IMG/VR virus record: IMGVR_UViG_3300050132_000146
Location: 1,105 to 65,104 of that record
Origin: a virus
Taxonomy: Duplodnaviria > Caudoviricetes
Reading direction: 5' to 3' (one strand)
Length of the DNA stretch: 64,000 nt
Position numbers and translations under genes: made by a program. This document shows, one piece after another, positions 36,969 to 46,928 of the stretch (position 1 is the stretch's first letter; each line of letters opens with the position of its first letter). A model generated the notes under the pieces. That model ran no database searches and was not told where the DNA came from. It worked only from the letters and a program-made list of their open reading frames with translations.

Positions 36969-38924
36969 ATGAGTACAACACAAGCACCAAAACGAGCGAG
37001 TAAGCTCAAAGCAAAGAAGCCAGAAGACCGGGAGCCAACTAAACCGAAGATGCTTATCTTTGGACAACCGGGCGTAGGTAAATCACAACCACTGTCGGCC
37101 AATATCCTAACTCCATCTGGCTGGGTAAAAATGGGAGACATTAAGGCCGGTGATATGGTCATCTCGGTAGACGGAAATCCAACAAAGGTTCTTGAGGTTT
37201 ATCCTCAAGGTGAACTCGATGTGGTTGAATTGGTTTTCCATGATGGATCAAAAACACGGTGTTCAAAAGATCATCTTTGGCAAACAAGGACGAAGCTTGA
37301 TAGGGCGGCGAAAAGATTGGGATCAATTAAAGAGACTTCTGATTTAATTAAAAGTATTGAATCCTGCCATTCGATCCCGGTTGTCAGTGAAGTGTATTTT
37401 CCTGAGAATGAGGTACTAATCCACCCATACATCATGGGATGTTTGCTTGGTGACGGATGCCTTCGTGGCGACGATATAACCATCACTCAGGCGGATGAAG
37501 ATCTGTTCAATAATGTTGAAAAACTTCTTCCAGATGGCTTTAAGCTATCCAAAAGAAGCCATCTCACACGATGCGAAACAAGGTCTATTACAACTCGTCG
37601 TGGAGATAAAAACCCATTCACAGAATACCTCCGATCTGTTGGCCTGATGGGTAAAAAATCACTAGATAAGTTCGTACCAACTGAATATCTCATTAACTCT
37701 GTTGAAAATCGCATTGCCCTATTACAGGGTCTTCTCGATACTGACGGAACTGTTGGAAGTAGGGGTACCACCGTGAGCTTCTCATCAGCCTCAGTTAATC
37801 TTGCAAATGCGGTTGCATTTATCGTCCAATCACTGGGCGGGGTTGCGTTTCGATCAGTAAGAAGCAAGAGGGGCTATAAGAAGGATGGAATATACCATGA
37901 GTGTTTGCCATCATTTACAGTAACCGCTAATCTTCCAAACCATATTGCTCCATTCGCTATTGCAAGGAAGTCTGGTAAAGTTGTTGAAAAAACAAAATAT
38001 CAACCATCTAGATTCCTGAAGGAGATTAATGAGTCTGGTAAAGAGTTGTGTCAGTGTATTTCCGTGGACCATCCAACCAGCCTATATGTAACCGACGACT
38101 TTATCGTCACTCATAATACCTGGTTTTCACTGGACTTCCCAGGATGTTATTACATTGACTCCGAAGGCGGTTCAGCACGAACCCACTACATGGACAAACT
38201 CAAGGCGTCCGGTGGTGAGATCATGGGACCAGAAGAAGGGGCGAATGACTTCGAGACAGTCCTTGGACAAGTCCAGGCCCTGGCTACCGAGAAGCATGAG
38301 TTCAAGACACTTATCATTGACTCCATCTCCAAGCTGTTCAACTCAGCCGTAACTACCGAGCAGGAACGCCTTGGTGACAAGGATGCCTTCGGTGCCTCCA
38401 AGAAGCCTGCGGTTGCTTACATGCGCCGTCTGGTGAACTGGATTCAGCGCCTGGATATGAATGTCATTCTCGTTGCCCACCAGAAGGATGAGTGGGGAGT
38501 TGATGCAAAGGGTGAGCGTTGCGCCATCGGCCATACGTTCGATTGCTGGGACAAGCTGGAGTATGAGCTTGATCTTGTGCTTCAGTTAATGAAACAGGGC
38601 AGTAGCCGTGTGGCGTCAGTTCGCAAGTCCCGCCTTCTTGGCTTCCCTGATAAGGATCGCTTCCCAATTAGCTTTGACACCTTCGCTGAGCGATATGGTA
38701 AAGATGTGATTGACAAGGAGGTGAAAGCGGTTATTCTGGCCACGGCTGAAGAGGTTTCTGAGATTGTCCGTCTCGTTACTCTACTGAAGCTTGGCGAAGA
38801 CGAGATTAACAAATGGTGGACCAAATGGAACGTTTCCGATTGGACCGAAATGAGCGACGAACAGGCTGCGAAGGCAATTAAGTTTTTGCAGGAAAAGATC
38901 AACCCAACAGTAAAGGATAAATAA
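36969..38924 (+). CDS. AAA_24/Sak4-like ATPase (recombination) containing an intein
   Basis: P-loop 'GQPGVGK|T' is split by the intein. Also 'YIDSEGG', 'LIIDSIS' and 'ILVAH'. Confidence 0.88.
   Translation: MSTTQAPKRASKLKAKKPEDREPTKPKMLIFGQPGVGKSQPLSANILTPSGWVKMGDIKAGDMVISVDGNPTKVLEVYPQGELDVVELVFHDGSKTRCSKDHLWQTRTKLDRAAKRLGSIKETSDLIKSIESCHSIPVVSEVYFPENEVLIHPYIMGCLLGDGCLRGDDITITQADEDLFNNVEKLLPDGFKLSKRSHLTRCETRSITTRRGDKNPFTEYLRSVGLMGKKSLDKFVPTEYLINSVENRIALLQGLLDTDGTVGSRGTTVSFSSASVNLANAVAFIVQSLGGVAFRSVRSKRGYKKDGIYHECLPSFTVTANLPNHIAPFAIARKSGKVVEKTKYQPSRFLKEINESGKELCQCISVDHPTSLYVTDDFIVTHNTWFSLDFPGCYYIDSEGGSARTHYMDKLKASGGEIMGPEEGANDFETVLGQVQALATEKHEFKTLIIDSISKLFNSAVTTEQERLGDKDAFGASKKPAVAYMRRLVNWIQRLDMNVILVAHQKDEWGVDAKGERCAIGHTFDCWDKLEYELDLVLQLMKQGSSRVASVRKSRLLGFPDKDRFPISFDTFAERYGKDVIDKEVKAVILATAEEVSEIVRLVTLLKLGEDEINKWWTKWNVSDWTEMSDEQAAKAIKFLQEKINPTVKDK
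37083..38117 (+). mobile_element. Intein with LAGLIDADG endonuclease (class 3 WCT signature)
   Basis: Starts 'SQPLSANILTP'. Block B 'DHLW', endonuclease motifs 'GCLLGDG' and 'LQGLLDTDG', block F 'CQCI'. Ends 'VTHN|T'. Confidence 0.92.
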
Positions 38925-38927
38925 CAC

Positions 38928-39413
38928 ATGAGAATCACACCAAAGAGCGAACAGCAGTTGAAGGAAGAAGAAGCGGAGCGCATGAAGGCGTTCCAGTGTC
39001 CAGACGGCACTTGGGACTTTGAAGTCATTGAGGCAACCGAGGGCGTCAGCAAGTCTTCTGGAGCAGAGATGATCACGATTACCATGTCGGTTTTCGCAGA
39101 GTCTGACAAGCCGTACATGATTAAGGATTACCTTCTTGAGTCTGTGTCCCATAAGGTTCGTCACTTCTTCTTCTCGGCTGGTCGAGGGGATTTGTATGAT
39201 GGCGGTCGGTTCACGGCTGATGATTGCCGTGGATTGTGCGGTAAGGTGATCATTAAGCTTGGGAGGGCCAGTGGGAATTTTGCAGCCAAGCCTGAGGTTA
39301 AGGATTATGTGGTGCCGGTAGATGGTGAGCCGGTGGCACCAAGGATGCGGCAGGCAGTTGTGGATACCTTTGGGGACGAGAACCTGGAAGATATGGATTT
39401 AATTCCATTTTGA
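38928..39413 (+). CDS. Single-stranded DNA-binding protein (DUF669-like)
   Basis: 'PDGTWDFEV...SKSSGAEMI' and an acidic tail ending 'DLIPF'. Confidence 0.8.
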   Translation: MRITPKSEQQLKEEEAERMKAFQCPDGTWDFEVIEATEGVSKSSGAEMITITMSVFAESDKPYMIKDYLLESVSHKVRHFFFSAGRGDLYDGGRFTADDCRGLCGKVIIKLGRASGNFAAKPEVKDYVVPVDGEPVAPRMRQAVVDTFGDENLEDMDLIPF

Positions 39414-39481
39414 TGCTACGGACTAGTTAAACAACCACCAAGGAGGTTCCATCCCTCCTTGGTTTCAACCAAAACACACAT

Positions 39482-40264
39482 ATGATAACAAGAGACGATA
39501 TTACATGCGATTTCAGGGGACCACACACGGTCGTTGGTGAACTTAATCTACGAGTTACGCATAACGCCATTACGGGAGATTTTGGGCAAGGCCCAGATCG
39601 ACTGCCTGCAATTCATGGGGTTCAGGATGCTATTCTTGACTCCATCTATGGAGATGTTCGTGAGAATGCTGAAAGTCTAAGGGGAGCTTTCATTGACTTA
39701 AATCAAGAAGGTCTTACTACAAGAGAATATCAGAACCGAATTGATCGTTTTATGAACATTGTGGATGTTCTGTGTAATACTGGTCTAACTATTGAGGATA
39801 ACGAACCAACAATCCGTGAGCGTGTCATTAATGCCGGTCGGCGAGGTAATGGTCTTCTGGGTACTGCGCAAGCCGGTATAGGAGGTATGGGACCATGGAC
39901 GGGTGGTATTACGCGAGTTGGAGGATCACCACTCAATCCGGTGCGTGAAACACCTCCACCCCCACCGCCCGACCCATCACGCCTACACCCGAACACGGTG
40001 GCTGAGATTAACTCCCAGCTAGACGCGATGCCAGATCTTACGCCTGCGGCTCGGAGGGTGGCTTTTAACAACATCGTGGCTGAGTATATCACGCATCTTC
40101 CTACTCAAGCAAGGGTAAACAACCGGGTTACACGCCCTCTTGTTGAGCCTGATATTTACGATCTAGGTCGAGTACCTGAAGCCATGACTGGCATAGCTCA
40201 AGCCATGACTCAGCATGAGCCTCTTATGATGACCGAGGAAGATACTCTGCCTGTACCATTCTGA
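39482..40264 (+). CDS. Hypothetical protein
   Basis: 260-aa ORF with an SSB-like 'PVPF' end. Confidence 0.6.
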   Translation: MITRDDITCDFRGPHTVVGELNLRVTHNAITGDFGQGPDRLPAIHGVQDAILDSIYGDVRENAESLRGAFIDLNQEGLTTREYQNRIDRFMNIVDVLCNTGLTIEDNEPTIRERVINAGRRGNGLLGTAQAGIGGMGPWTGGITRVGGSPLNPVRETPPPPPPDPSRLHPNTVAEINSQLDAMPDLTPAARRVAFNNIVAEYITHLPTQARVNNRVTRPLVEPDIYDLGRVPEAMTGIAQAMTQHEPLMMTEEDTLPVPF

Positions 40265-40758
40265 TGGAATTCTTCTGTGGCATCGACCAGGGCATCACGG
40301 GCGGAATTACCGTCTTGGATAAAGGATCTGAAATAATCCAGTCATGGGTTATGCCAGCCTTTAGGCGAGACGATATAACCGAGGTGGACATTAAGGGCGT
40401 TTCAGATATTCTCTGTGACTTCCTGGCCCACACCCAAACGTACTTCATGCTCGAAAGGCCACTGAAGCACGCCAAGTCCTCACAGGCTCACGCCAGCATG
40501 GGTAGGTCATACGGAAGGCTTAGCGCCCTTCTTGACCTGTCTGGATGCCGGTGGAAGCCGATTGATCCAAGGGCATGGCAGAAGGCTTTACTAGGGAAGA
40601 AGATTCCGAAGGGGGAGACAAAGATCAGAGCGGTGGCCAAATGTCTGGAGTTATGGCCAAGTGAGGATTGGCGGGCGAGTGCTCGCTGTAAAGTAGAACA
40701 CCTTGGGAAAATTGATAGCGCCCTAATCGCTTTCCATTTACTTAACACACACAAATGA
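40264..40758 (+). CDS. RuvC-like Holliday junction resolvase
   Basis: 'GIDQGITGGI', 'LER', 'PRAWQK', 'IDSALIA'. Confidence 0.85.
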   Translation: MEFFCGIDQGITGGITVLDKGSEIIQSWVMPAFRRDDITEVDIKGVSDILCDFLAHTQTYFMLERPLKHAKSSQAHASMGRSYGRLSALLDLSGCRWKPIDPRAWQKALLGKKIPKGETKIRAVAKCLELWPSEDWRASARCKVEHLGKIDSALIAFHLLNTHK

Positions 40759-40799
40759 ATCCGACAACAAGACAAACAAGACTAGAACCAACAGACACA

Positions 40800-41057
40800 A
40801 TGAACCAAAAACTACAGTCAGTACTACGAATCGCAGCAGACAACCTCATCGCCTTTGGTGAGGAGCACGATGCAAACCTCACCGCCTCAATCCAAGACCT
40901 TGAGGACGGAGCAACATTCTCCATGGGATTCAGCATCAAACTGAACACTGATGATGACGTTGTGAGCACTAAGCTATCCTGGGCTCGCAAGTACAGCGCC
41001 GAGTGCGAAAACAAGGTGCCAGATCCGAACCAACTCGAATCCGACATCGCTGAATAA
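40800..41057 (+). CDS. Hypothetical protein
   Basis: ORF ending 'DPNQLE'. The start could be 40755. Confidence 0.6.
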   Translation: MNQKLQSVLRIAADNLIAFGEEHDANLTASIQDLEDGATFSMGFSIKLNTDDDVVSTKLSWARKYSAECENKVPDPNQLESDIAE

Positions 41058-41073
41058 TCAAACCAAAACACAC

Positions 41074-41423
41074 ATGGACCTAAACGAACTATCCCAAGTC
41101 TGCCATAAGGCGAACGAGAAGTGGTGGCAAAACATCGACACTGGTGAGACACTGAAGCGAAACAAGGTGAACTACTAATGCTCATCGTCTCGGAGGTTTC
41201 CGAGTGCATGGAGGGTGAACGAAAGGATCTCATGGACGACAAGCTTCCGCATCGAAAGATGGCTGAGGTAGAGTTGGCTGATGCGATCATTCGAATCCTC
41301 GACTACGCCGCCGGATTCGGTTACGACCTGCAAGGAGCCTTCGATGAAAAGATGGCGTACAATGCAGTCCGTGAAGATCACAAGCACGAGGCGCGTAAAA
41401 TCGCTGGAGGCAAACAGTTCTAA
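41074..41423 (+). pseudogene. MazG-like nucleotide pyrophosphohydrolase split by a 1-nt frameshift near 41166
   Basis: MDLNELSQVCHKANEKWW...RNK continues in the -1 frame as (G)ELLMLIVSEVSECMEG...EVELADAIIRILD. Confidence 0.7.
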
Positions 41424-41846
41424 ATGACCCGAGCCGAGTTCATCCAAAAACTCGTCCAGGCTGCTGAGCACCAAAAACAACACGATTTGCTACGAGCTGA
41501 GCTGGATTCAGATCTGGCGTATCACCTCAAAGTAGCACGTGAAAGCAGCCTCCTTACTCTCAAGGAGGCTGCTTTTCGTTTGGGGCATGATGCGAGCTAC
41601 GTTAATGGCAGGGAGAATATGGGCGTTCGGTGGGACACCATAAAAGCGCTTGACGCACTCAAAATCTGGACGAGTAAAACAGCAGAAGCACCAAAACGGC
41701 TCAAGCCTGGGCCAAAACCAAAATACACACATGAAGAAAAGCTTATTCGAAGAAGGTCAGCGTATGCTGGAGCGTCAGAAGGAAACAGTGACGGACGAAC
41801 AGGAGTCAGAATTAGCGTACTCAACGGTACCGCCAGTAGCGAGTAA
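41424..41846 (+). CDS. Putative HTH DNA-binding protein
   Basis: XRE-like 'LKVARESSLLTLKEAAFRLGHDASYVNGRE'. Confidence 0.55.
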   Translation: MTRAEFIQKLVQAAEHQKQHDLLRAELDSDLAYHLKVARESSLLTLKEAAFRLGHDASYVNGRENMGVRWDTIKALDALKIWTSKTAEAPKRLKPGPKPKYTHEEKLIRRRSAYAGASEGNSDGRTGVRISVLNGTASSE

Positions 41847-42171
41847 ACTTGGGGTAGACCCAAAGGGCTTGGCCGGTCTCACAAAGCCTCCTATGTGGCT
41901 TTGCTCGCCAGCAGGTATGGAAGCAGAGGCTTGGGCCATGGGTCTTGGGGCAAAGAAGTATGGTCCATTCAACTTTAGACAGAACAAGGTCTGTATGAGC
42001 ACGTACTTGGCGGCGATCCTGAGGCACGTCTACAGGATCATTGACGGGGAGTTTATTGACCCTGAGTCGGGTCAGCCGCACCTGGGTCACATTAAGGCTG
42101 GCTGTGGGATTGTTCTGGACGCGCAGAGGCACGGTACGCTGGTGGATGACCGGGTGATGGGGGGGAAATAA
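41731..42171 (+). CDS. dATP/dGTP diphosphohydrolase-like protein (DUF5664)
   Basis: 'GAKKYGPFNFR', 'AAILRH', 'DPESGQPHLGH'. Start uncertain. Confidence 0.8.
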   Translation: MKKSLFEEGQRMLERQKETVTDEQESELAYSTVPPVASKLGVDPKGLAGLTKPPMWLCSPAGMEAEAWAMGLGAKKYGPFNFRQNKVCMSTYLAAILRHVYRIIDGEFIDPESGQPHLGHIKAGCGIVLDAQRHGTLVDDRVMGGK

Positions 42172-42854
42172 TGCACTACTACCCACATCACATCGGGGAC
42201 TACTACCTGGACACCGGGCACCTTGAACCCATGGAGGATCTTTGCTATCGCAGACTCCTTGATCTTTACTACTCAACCGAGCGTCCAATTTCCACGGAAA
42301 CCCAGCGGGTTGCCAGCAGGTTACGTCTGGGTTATGAGATTGTCGAAACCGTGTTAAAGGAGTTCTTCGAACTACGCGAAGATGGGTGGCATCAGCCGCG
42401 TTGTGACGCAGAAATTGCCAAATATAATGCCCTGGCAGACAAGAGTAGAGAGAACGGGAAGCAAGGTGGCAGGCCGAAGAAAACCCAGCGGGTTATTTCT
42501 GGGAACCCAGCAGGAACCCAGCAGGATGCCAGCGGGTTAGCAACCAGAACCAAGAACCATGAACCAAGAACCAGTCTTTTGCTCGACCTGCTTCCGCCTG
42601 ATTGTTCTGAAGTTCGGAGGAACATTTTCACGGAATGGCTTCAGTATAAGACCGAACGAAAAGAGACGTACATGCCCACTGGGTTCCGAACACTCATCAA
42701 GAAGTTCTCCAACCTCTCAGATGAAGAATTTGAGAAAGTAGTTGAAAACAGTATGGCCAGCAACTACGCTGGAATATTCCCAGACAAAACACACCCGTCA
42801 CAGCCAGAGTTCACCTGGGTTCCAGACGGCATCACACCTCGACCACGACGCTAA
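42171..42854 (+). CDS. YdaU/DUF1376-family replication initiator
   Basis: 'YYPHHIGDYYLDTGHL...YRRLLDLYY...RCDAEI...NGKQGGRP'. Lies upstream of DnaB. Confidence 0.88.
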   Translation: MHYYPHHIGDYYLDTGHLEPMEDLCYRRLLDLYYSTERPISTETQRVASRLRLGYEIVETVLKEFFELREDGWHQPRCDAEIAKYNALADKSRENGKQGGRPKKTQRVISGNPAGTQQDASGLATRTKNHEPRTSLLLDLLPPDCSEVRRNIFTEWLQYKTERKETYMPTGFRTLIKKFSNLSDEEFEKVVENSMASNYAGIFPDKTHPSQPEFTWVPDGITPRPRR

Positions 42855-42860
42855 ACACAC

Positions 42861-45236
42861 ATGGCACCCTTCCAAAAGATCACGACAACAGAAGACATGC
42901 TTGGTGACATCACCAAGGTCACAATGCCGTTCTCGGACGAGGCCGAGATGGGCATCCTGTCCTGCATCATCCAAGATCCTCGCCACTGCCTTGACGAAAC
43001 CCGCACCGCAATCTCCCCAGACGCCTTCTACCACCAGAAGAACCGGCATGTTTACGAGGCTATCCTGACCCTCACCGACACAGGCAAGCCGGTGGACATT
43101 GTGACGCTTACCACTGAGCTTCGCGCTCAAGGTCTACTGGAAAAGGTTGGCGGCGGTGCTCAGATTTCAGAGATTTACACCTTCATTCCGGTTTCGGCTC
43201 ACTTCCCGTTCTACCTAGCAATCCTCAAGGAGAAGCATTGTTCGCGTCAGGCCGTACGTATCGGCGCAGAGATCATCCAGATGGCTCGTGATTCGCACGA
43301 GGACGCGGCTACGGTAGTGGCTGAGACTGACAGGCTGGCAATGCAAATTCACACGGATCATGATTCAGGTCAAATTGATACCATGGGTAGTCTGGTGGCG
43401 GAAGCGTTTGAGTATATCGAAACTCAGATGAAGAATCCGGGTGGGATTCCCGGACTGACGACCGGGATTGCTCAGCTTGATGACAGAACTGGCGGAATCG
43501 TTCCAGGAGAGGCTTGGATCATGGCTGGTGGAACCAGCGACGGTAAGGCGCAGCCTTTAGATGCGAAGATTTTAACACCGAATGGATTTGTTTTCATGGG
43601 TGAAATTAAGGTTGGGGACTTTGTGATTGGAGTTAATGGGTGTCCGGTTGAGGTACTGTCTGTTTATCCACAGGGAATTAAGGAGGTGTTTAGGGTTCTA
43701 ACGAACGATGGATACTCGACAGAATGCTGTGATGAGCATTTATGGTTAACGAGCACATGGAAAAATAGGTGTAAAAAAACCTCAGAACAAGTGAGGCCTC
43801 TTTCAGAAATACGAAAGACACTGTTTGCATCTGGAAGAACCAGGCTTAATCACCAGCTACCGGATCTTGCTCCAGTACAGTTCAATTCAAACAAAACACT
43901 ACCGATGAATCCATGGCTTCTTGGGGCGCTTCTTGGAGATGGGTGCCTTTGTGCAGGAAATATCAAATTCACAAATCAAGATCAAGACATTGTTGAGCGA
44001 GTTAGGAAATGTATTCCAGATTGTGATATAATGACGTGTGATCCCAATAGGCCTATAGAATTTAGGGTGAAGAGAAAGCAAAGAAATAACCAGCAGTCTG
44101 AAACAAAATCTATCATAGAATCTCTTGGGCTTCTCGGAACGGATAGTTCCACCAAGTTCATTCCCAATGAATACAAGTTAGCCTCAGTTGAGGATCGTAT
44201 TGAAATTTTGCGAGGACTCTTCGATACAGATGGAAGCGTAATGAAGGGAATGTCAGTTGATTATAGTACCTGCTCAAATAAACTTGCAGATGATGTGGTT
44301 TGGATCGTCCAGTCACTTGGGGGAAGCGCCAGAATCAGGGAGAAGTGGCCTACCTGCATGTATAAAGGTGTAAAAGTCACTGGGCAGCTATCGTATAGAA
44401 TCGTCGCCAAGTTCCCCAAACACATAATCCCGGTATGGACTGTGAAAAAGAGAAAAAGGTGGACCGGAAGAACTCGCGGTGGTCACAGATTCATTGAATC
44501 TGTCACTCCTATTGGACAAAAAGAGTGTCAGTGCATAAAGGTCACTGGAGGGCTCTACGTGACCGACGGGTTCATTGTGACCCACAATACCGCTTTGGCG
44601 ATGCAGGTGGCCCTGGAAATGGCCCTAGCGGGAGCGCCAGGAGCCTACTACCTCTGCGAAAGTTTGAAAGTGAAGTGGACCATCCGACTTTTGGCTTGTT
44701 TGAGCCGGGTTCCGATGAAACATATTCTTCGTGGAACACTCACCAGGGAGATGCAGCAACAGGTCGGTGTCGCTGCCATGAAGCTCCAAAAGCTCCCCAT
44801 CACCCTCAGGCACAAGCCAGGGATTGAGGTAACGAAGATGGTTGCTGACATTCGGATGCTGAAGCGCAAGCTTGGAATCAAGTGGTACGTGGGCGACTAC
44901 CTTCAGCGCATCAGCAACTCTGGGTGCAAAGGAAATCGTCAGGAGTATATCGCTGAGATTAGCAAGAGGCTCACGGACGTTGGGTCTGAGCTTGGGGTTG
45001 GGTCTATAGTTCTGAGCCAGCTTAACCGAGAGGGTCAAGTGCGTGAATCAGATGCCCCCACCCATGATGCCGACGTTGTGATTACATTGTCGGTACCAGA
45101 AGAGAAGCAGAACGGGAAAATGGTTAGGAACGAGGCAAAGAGGGTGCTGAGTATTGGGAAAGCTAGGAACGAGGAGCGCGGGCGGACCATAAACCTCATG
45201 TTCCAGGGTGAGATCCAAAGATTCACTGCGGTTTAG
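42861..45236 (+). CDS. dnaB: Replicative DNA helicase with an intein
   Basis: N-domain 'EAEMGILS' and 'VDIVTL', then 'GLTTG..LD', P-loop 'GGTSDGK|T', 'DYLQ', 'LSQLNRE' and 'DADVVI'. Confidence 0.92.
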   Translation: MAPFQKITTTEDMLGDITKVTMPFSDEAEMGILSCIIQDPRHCLDETRTAISPDAFYHQKNRHVYEAILTLTDTGKPVDIVTLTTELRAQGLLEKVGGGAQISEIYTFIPVSAHFPFYLAILKEKHCSRQAVRIGAEIIQMARDSHEDAATVVAETDRLAMQIHTDHDSGQIDTMGSLVAEAFEYIETQMKNPGGIPGLTTGIAQLDDRTGGIVPGEAWIMAGGTSDGKAQPLDAKILTPNGFVFMGEIKVGDFVIGVNGCPVEVLSVYPQGIKEVFRVLTNDGYSTECCDEHLWLTSTWKNRCKKTSEQVRPLSEIRKTLFASGRTRLNHQLPDLAPVQFNSNKTLPMNPWLLGALLGDGCLCAGNIKFTNQDQDIVERVRKCIPDCDIMTCDPNRPIEFRVKRKQRNNQQSETKSIIESLGLLGTDSSTKFIPNEYKLASVEDRIEILRGLFDTDGSVMKGMSVDYSTCSNKLADDVVWIVQSLGGSARIREKWPTCMYKGVKVTGQLSYRIVAKFPKHIIPVWTVKKRKRWTGRTRGGHRFIESVTPIGQKECQCIKVTGGLYVTDGFIVTHNTALAMQVALEMALAGAPGAYYLCESLKVKWTIRLLACLSRVPMKHILRGTLTREMQQQVGVAAMKLQKLPITLRHKPGIEVTKMVADIRMLKRKLGIKWYVGDYLQRISNSGCKGNRQEYIAEISKRLTDVGSELGVGSIVLSQLNREGQVRESDAPTHDADVVITLSVPEEKQNGKMVRNEAKRVLSIGKARNEERGRTINLMFQGEIQRFTAV
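43548..44588 (+). mobile_element. Ala1 intein with LAGLIDADG endonuclease (class 3 WCT signature)
   Basis: Starts 'AQPLDAKILTP', with 'EHLW', 'GALLGDG', 'LRGLFDTDG' and 'CQCI'. Ends 'VTHN|T'. Confidence 0.92.
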
Positions 45237-45285
45237 AAAGATTCCGCTTGCAAAGGAAGAAAGAGTGGCGTATTGAATCGGACAC

Positions 45286-45501
45286 ATGAAACTACTTTCA
45301 ACGGAAATTATCAATTCGATTGAGGACTATAAGCGCAGTCCGTTTAATGAGGACGCCGCGCATTTCCTTGAAGAACACGGTGAAGAGATTATCACCATAA
45401 TTTCCAAATACGAAGCTATGCAAACCGCATTATTCAAAATCCGAGCGTATTACGGAGATGCGGAGTATGTTCGCCAAATTTCACAGAACGCCACATCCTA
45501 A
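45286..45501 (+). CDS. Hypothetical protein
   Basis: A TTGCAA box lies upstream. TAATG-coupled to the next ORF. Confidence 0.55.
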   Translation: MKLLSTEIINSIEDYKRSPFNEDAAHFLEEHGEEIITIISKYEAMQTALFKIRAYYGDAEYVRQISQNATS

Positions 45502-46064
45502 TGAACACAACCTCAGACTACACATCACGTCAGCGTCAGCACGACGCTGAATACCAGAGAGAGTATGACCAGTGGCTTGACTCGCTTAGCGAAGAGGAGC
45601 TGTCTGAGCTGGAGAAGCATGGGCTGGATCATGCTAGTATCGAGAAGGTGGCGCATAGCGTTGGGAGGGAGAAGGACTTGGGTGAGACTGCGGTGCAGCA
45701 TAGTCACCGCTCAATCGAATCCGATGCCCCCAAGGACGCTAAGCTCCTTGAGTCCATCCGCCTCATCGTCTCTACGCTAATCTCCGAAGTGAATCTCAAG
45801 GTAAGTATCTGCGGACTATGCTTCGCTTGTGGACTTAGCGCCTGTAGCGTCTGGGGTTCACAGGCGAATGCGGCAAAGGCCATTGGTGTATCCAGGCAGC
45901 ACCTGGGTAAATCAACGAAGTTCTGGCAGCGGACGCTAGACCTTCCTCAGAACCCGTACACCAGCAGCAAGTCGAAGTCAGCGAAGCTGAAGAAGGTCCA
46001 GACCGAAAACCACTGGCGTCGTAAAAAGTTCGATGCACCAAAGAAATGTCTTGCAAAGAAGTAG
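45501..46064 (+). CDS. Putative HTH transcriptional regulator
   Basis: HTH 'SQANAAKAIGVSRQHLGK'. Confidence 0.65.
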   Translation: MNTTSDYTSRQRQHDAEYQREYDQWLDSLSEEELSELEKHGLDHASIEKVAHSVGREKDLGETAVQHSHRSIESDAPKDAKLLESIRLIVSTLISEVNLKVSICGLCFACGLSACSVWGSQANAAKAIGVSRQHLGKSTKFWQRTLDLPQNPYTSSKSKSAKLKKVQTENHWRRKKFDAPKKCLAKK

Positions 46065-46087
46065 AACTGTGAGATACTGAAAAACAC

Positions 46088-46705
46088 ATGAGCACAGAAC
46101 ACGAAAATACCGTTAGCATTGGGCATGGCAACCATCGCATCGAAATCACCGAACATGGTTGCACTATTTTAGGCGACCCATCCGTGGAACAGTGGCGCTC
46201 CCACCTTATTTCACTTAAGAAGGTTAAGGAAATCTACCATCAGGCACTTGCCGACTTGGTAAAGTTCGGAACCGAACGGTTTGGCGCAGCAGAGGTTGAA
46301 AATACCCTGACCCAGCTCGAATTCAGTCTTGCCGACGGCCATCACGCTCTTGCCATCAGCTCGCTTCCGAATACTATTCGTATTCAGCCAAACCTGAGCA
46401 CCGAGCATCAGTACGTGCTTGGTAAGGATCTGGCCGGTGACTCCGCGCAGCAGGAACATTGGGGAAAGGTTGCTGAAGAGGCCAATCTTTCACCACAGGA
46501 TCTTCGTCTGTCGATCTCCCACGGTCGCATTATTCGTGCTCGTGAACGGGTAAATGGGATTGTCTCGTTTGAGTCGGTTGTGGCGCTGTTTAATAGGTCC
46601 GCCAGGGCGCTGCAAGGCGTTGTGCTTACTGAGGCCCAAAGGATGAGCATTTACGATCTCCTGAGTCCTATCTTGAACTTCGCTGAGGCACTTAAGGCGG
46701 TATGA
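46088..46705 (+). CDS. Hypothetical DNA-binding protein (LmbU-like N-terminus)
   Basis: 'PSVEQWR...ALADLVKFGTERFG...LSTEHQ'. Confidence 0.55.
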   Translation: MSTEHENTVSIGHGNHRIEITEHGCTILGDPSVEQWRSHLISLKKVKEIYHQALADLVKFGTERFGAAEVENTLTQLEFSLADGHHALAISSLPNTIRIQPNLSTEHQYVLGKDLAGDSAQQEHWGKVAEEANLSPQDLRLSISHGRIIRARERVNGIVSFESVVALFNRSARALQGVVLTEAQRMSIYDLLSPILNFAEALKAV

Positions 46706-46843
46706 GCCGTCCAGTATCCATTTGGGAATGGGCCGATACCGGCTCAGTAGACGATCCAATGCCGCCGTTGACTCCTGGTGAGTGGATCAGTATTGGTGTG
46801 ATCATTGCGATCATCCTGTTGGCTGTTTTTAATTGATTTCAAT

Positions 46844-46915
46844 ATCGCATTCGTCTATCGGTAAGGACAGCAGCTTTTCAGGCTGCATAGAGCAGTTCGA
46901 CTCTGCTATGCGATG
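46844..46915 (+). tRNA. tRNA-Glu(TTC)
   Basis: Acceptor ATCGCAT/ATGCGAT, anticodon arm GCAGC-TTTTCAG-GCTGC, T-loop TTCGACT. No encoded CCA. Confidence 0.88.
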
Positions 46916-46928
46916 CTAGTTTGAAGTA

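Noticed and set aside
41731-42171. Z-genome (2-aminoadenine) pathway
   Set aside because: DUF5664-like and MazG-like genes are present, but no PurZ or phage DNA polymerase is visible.
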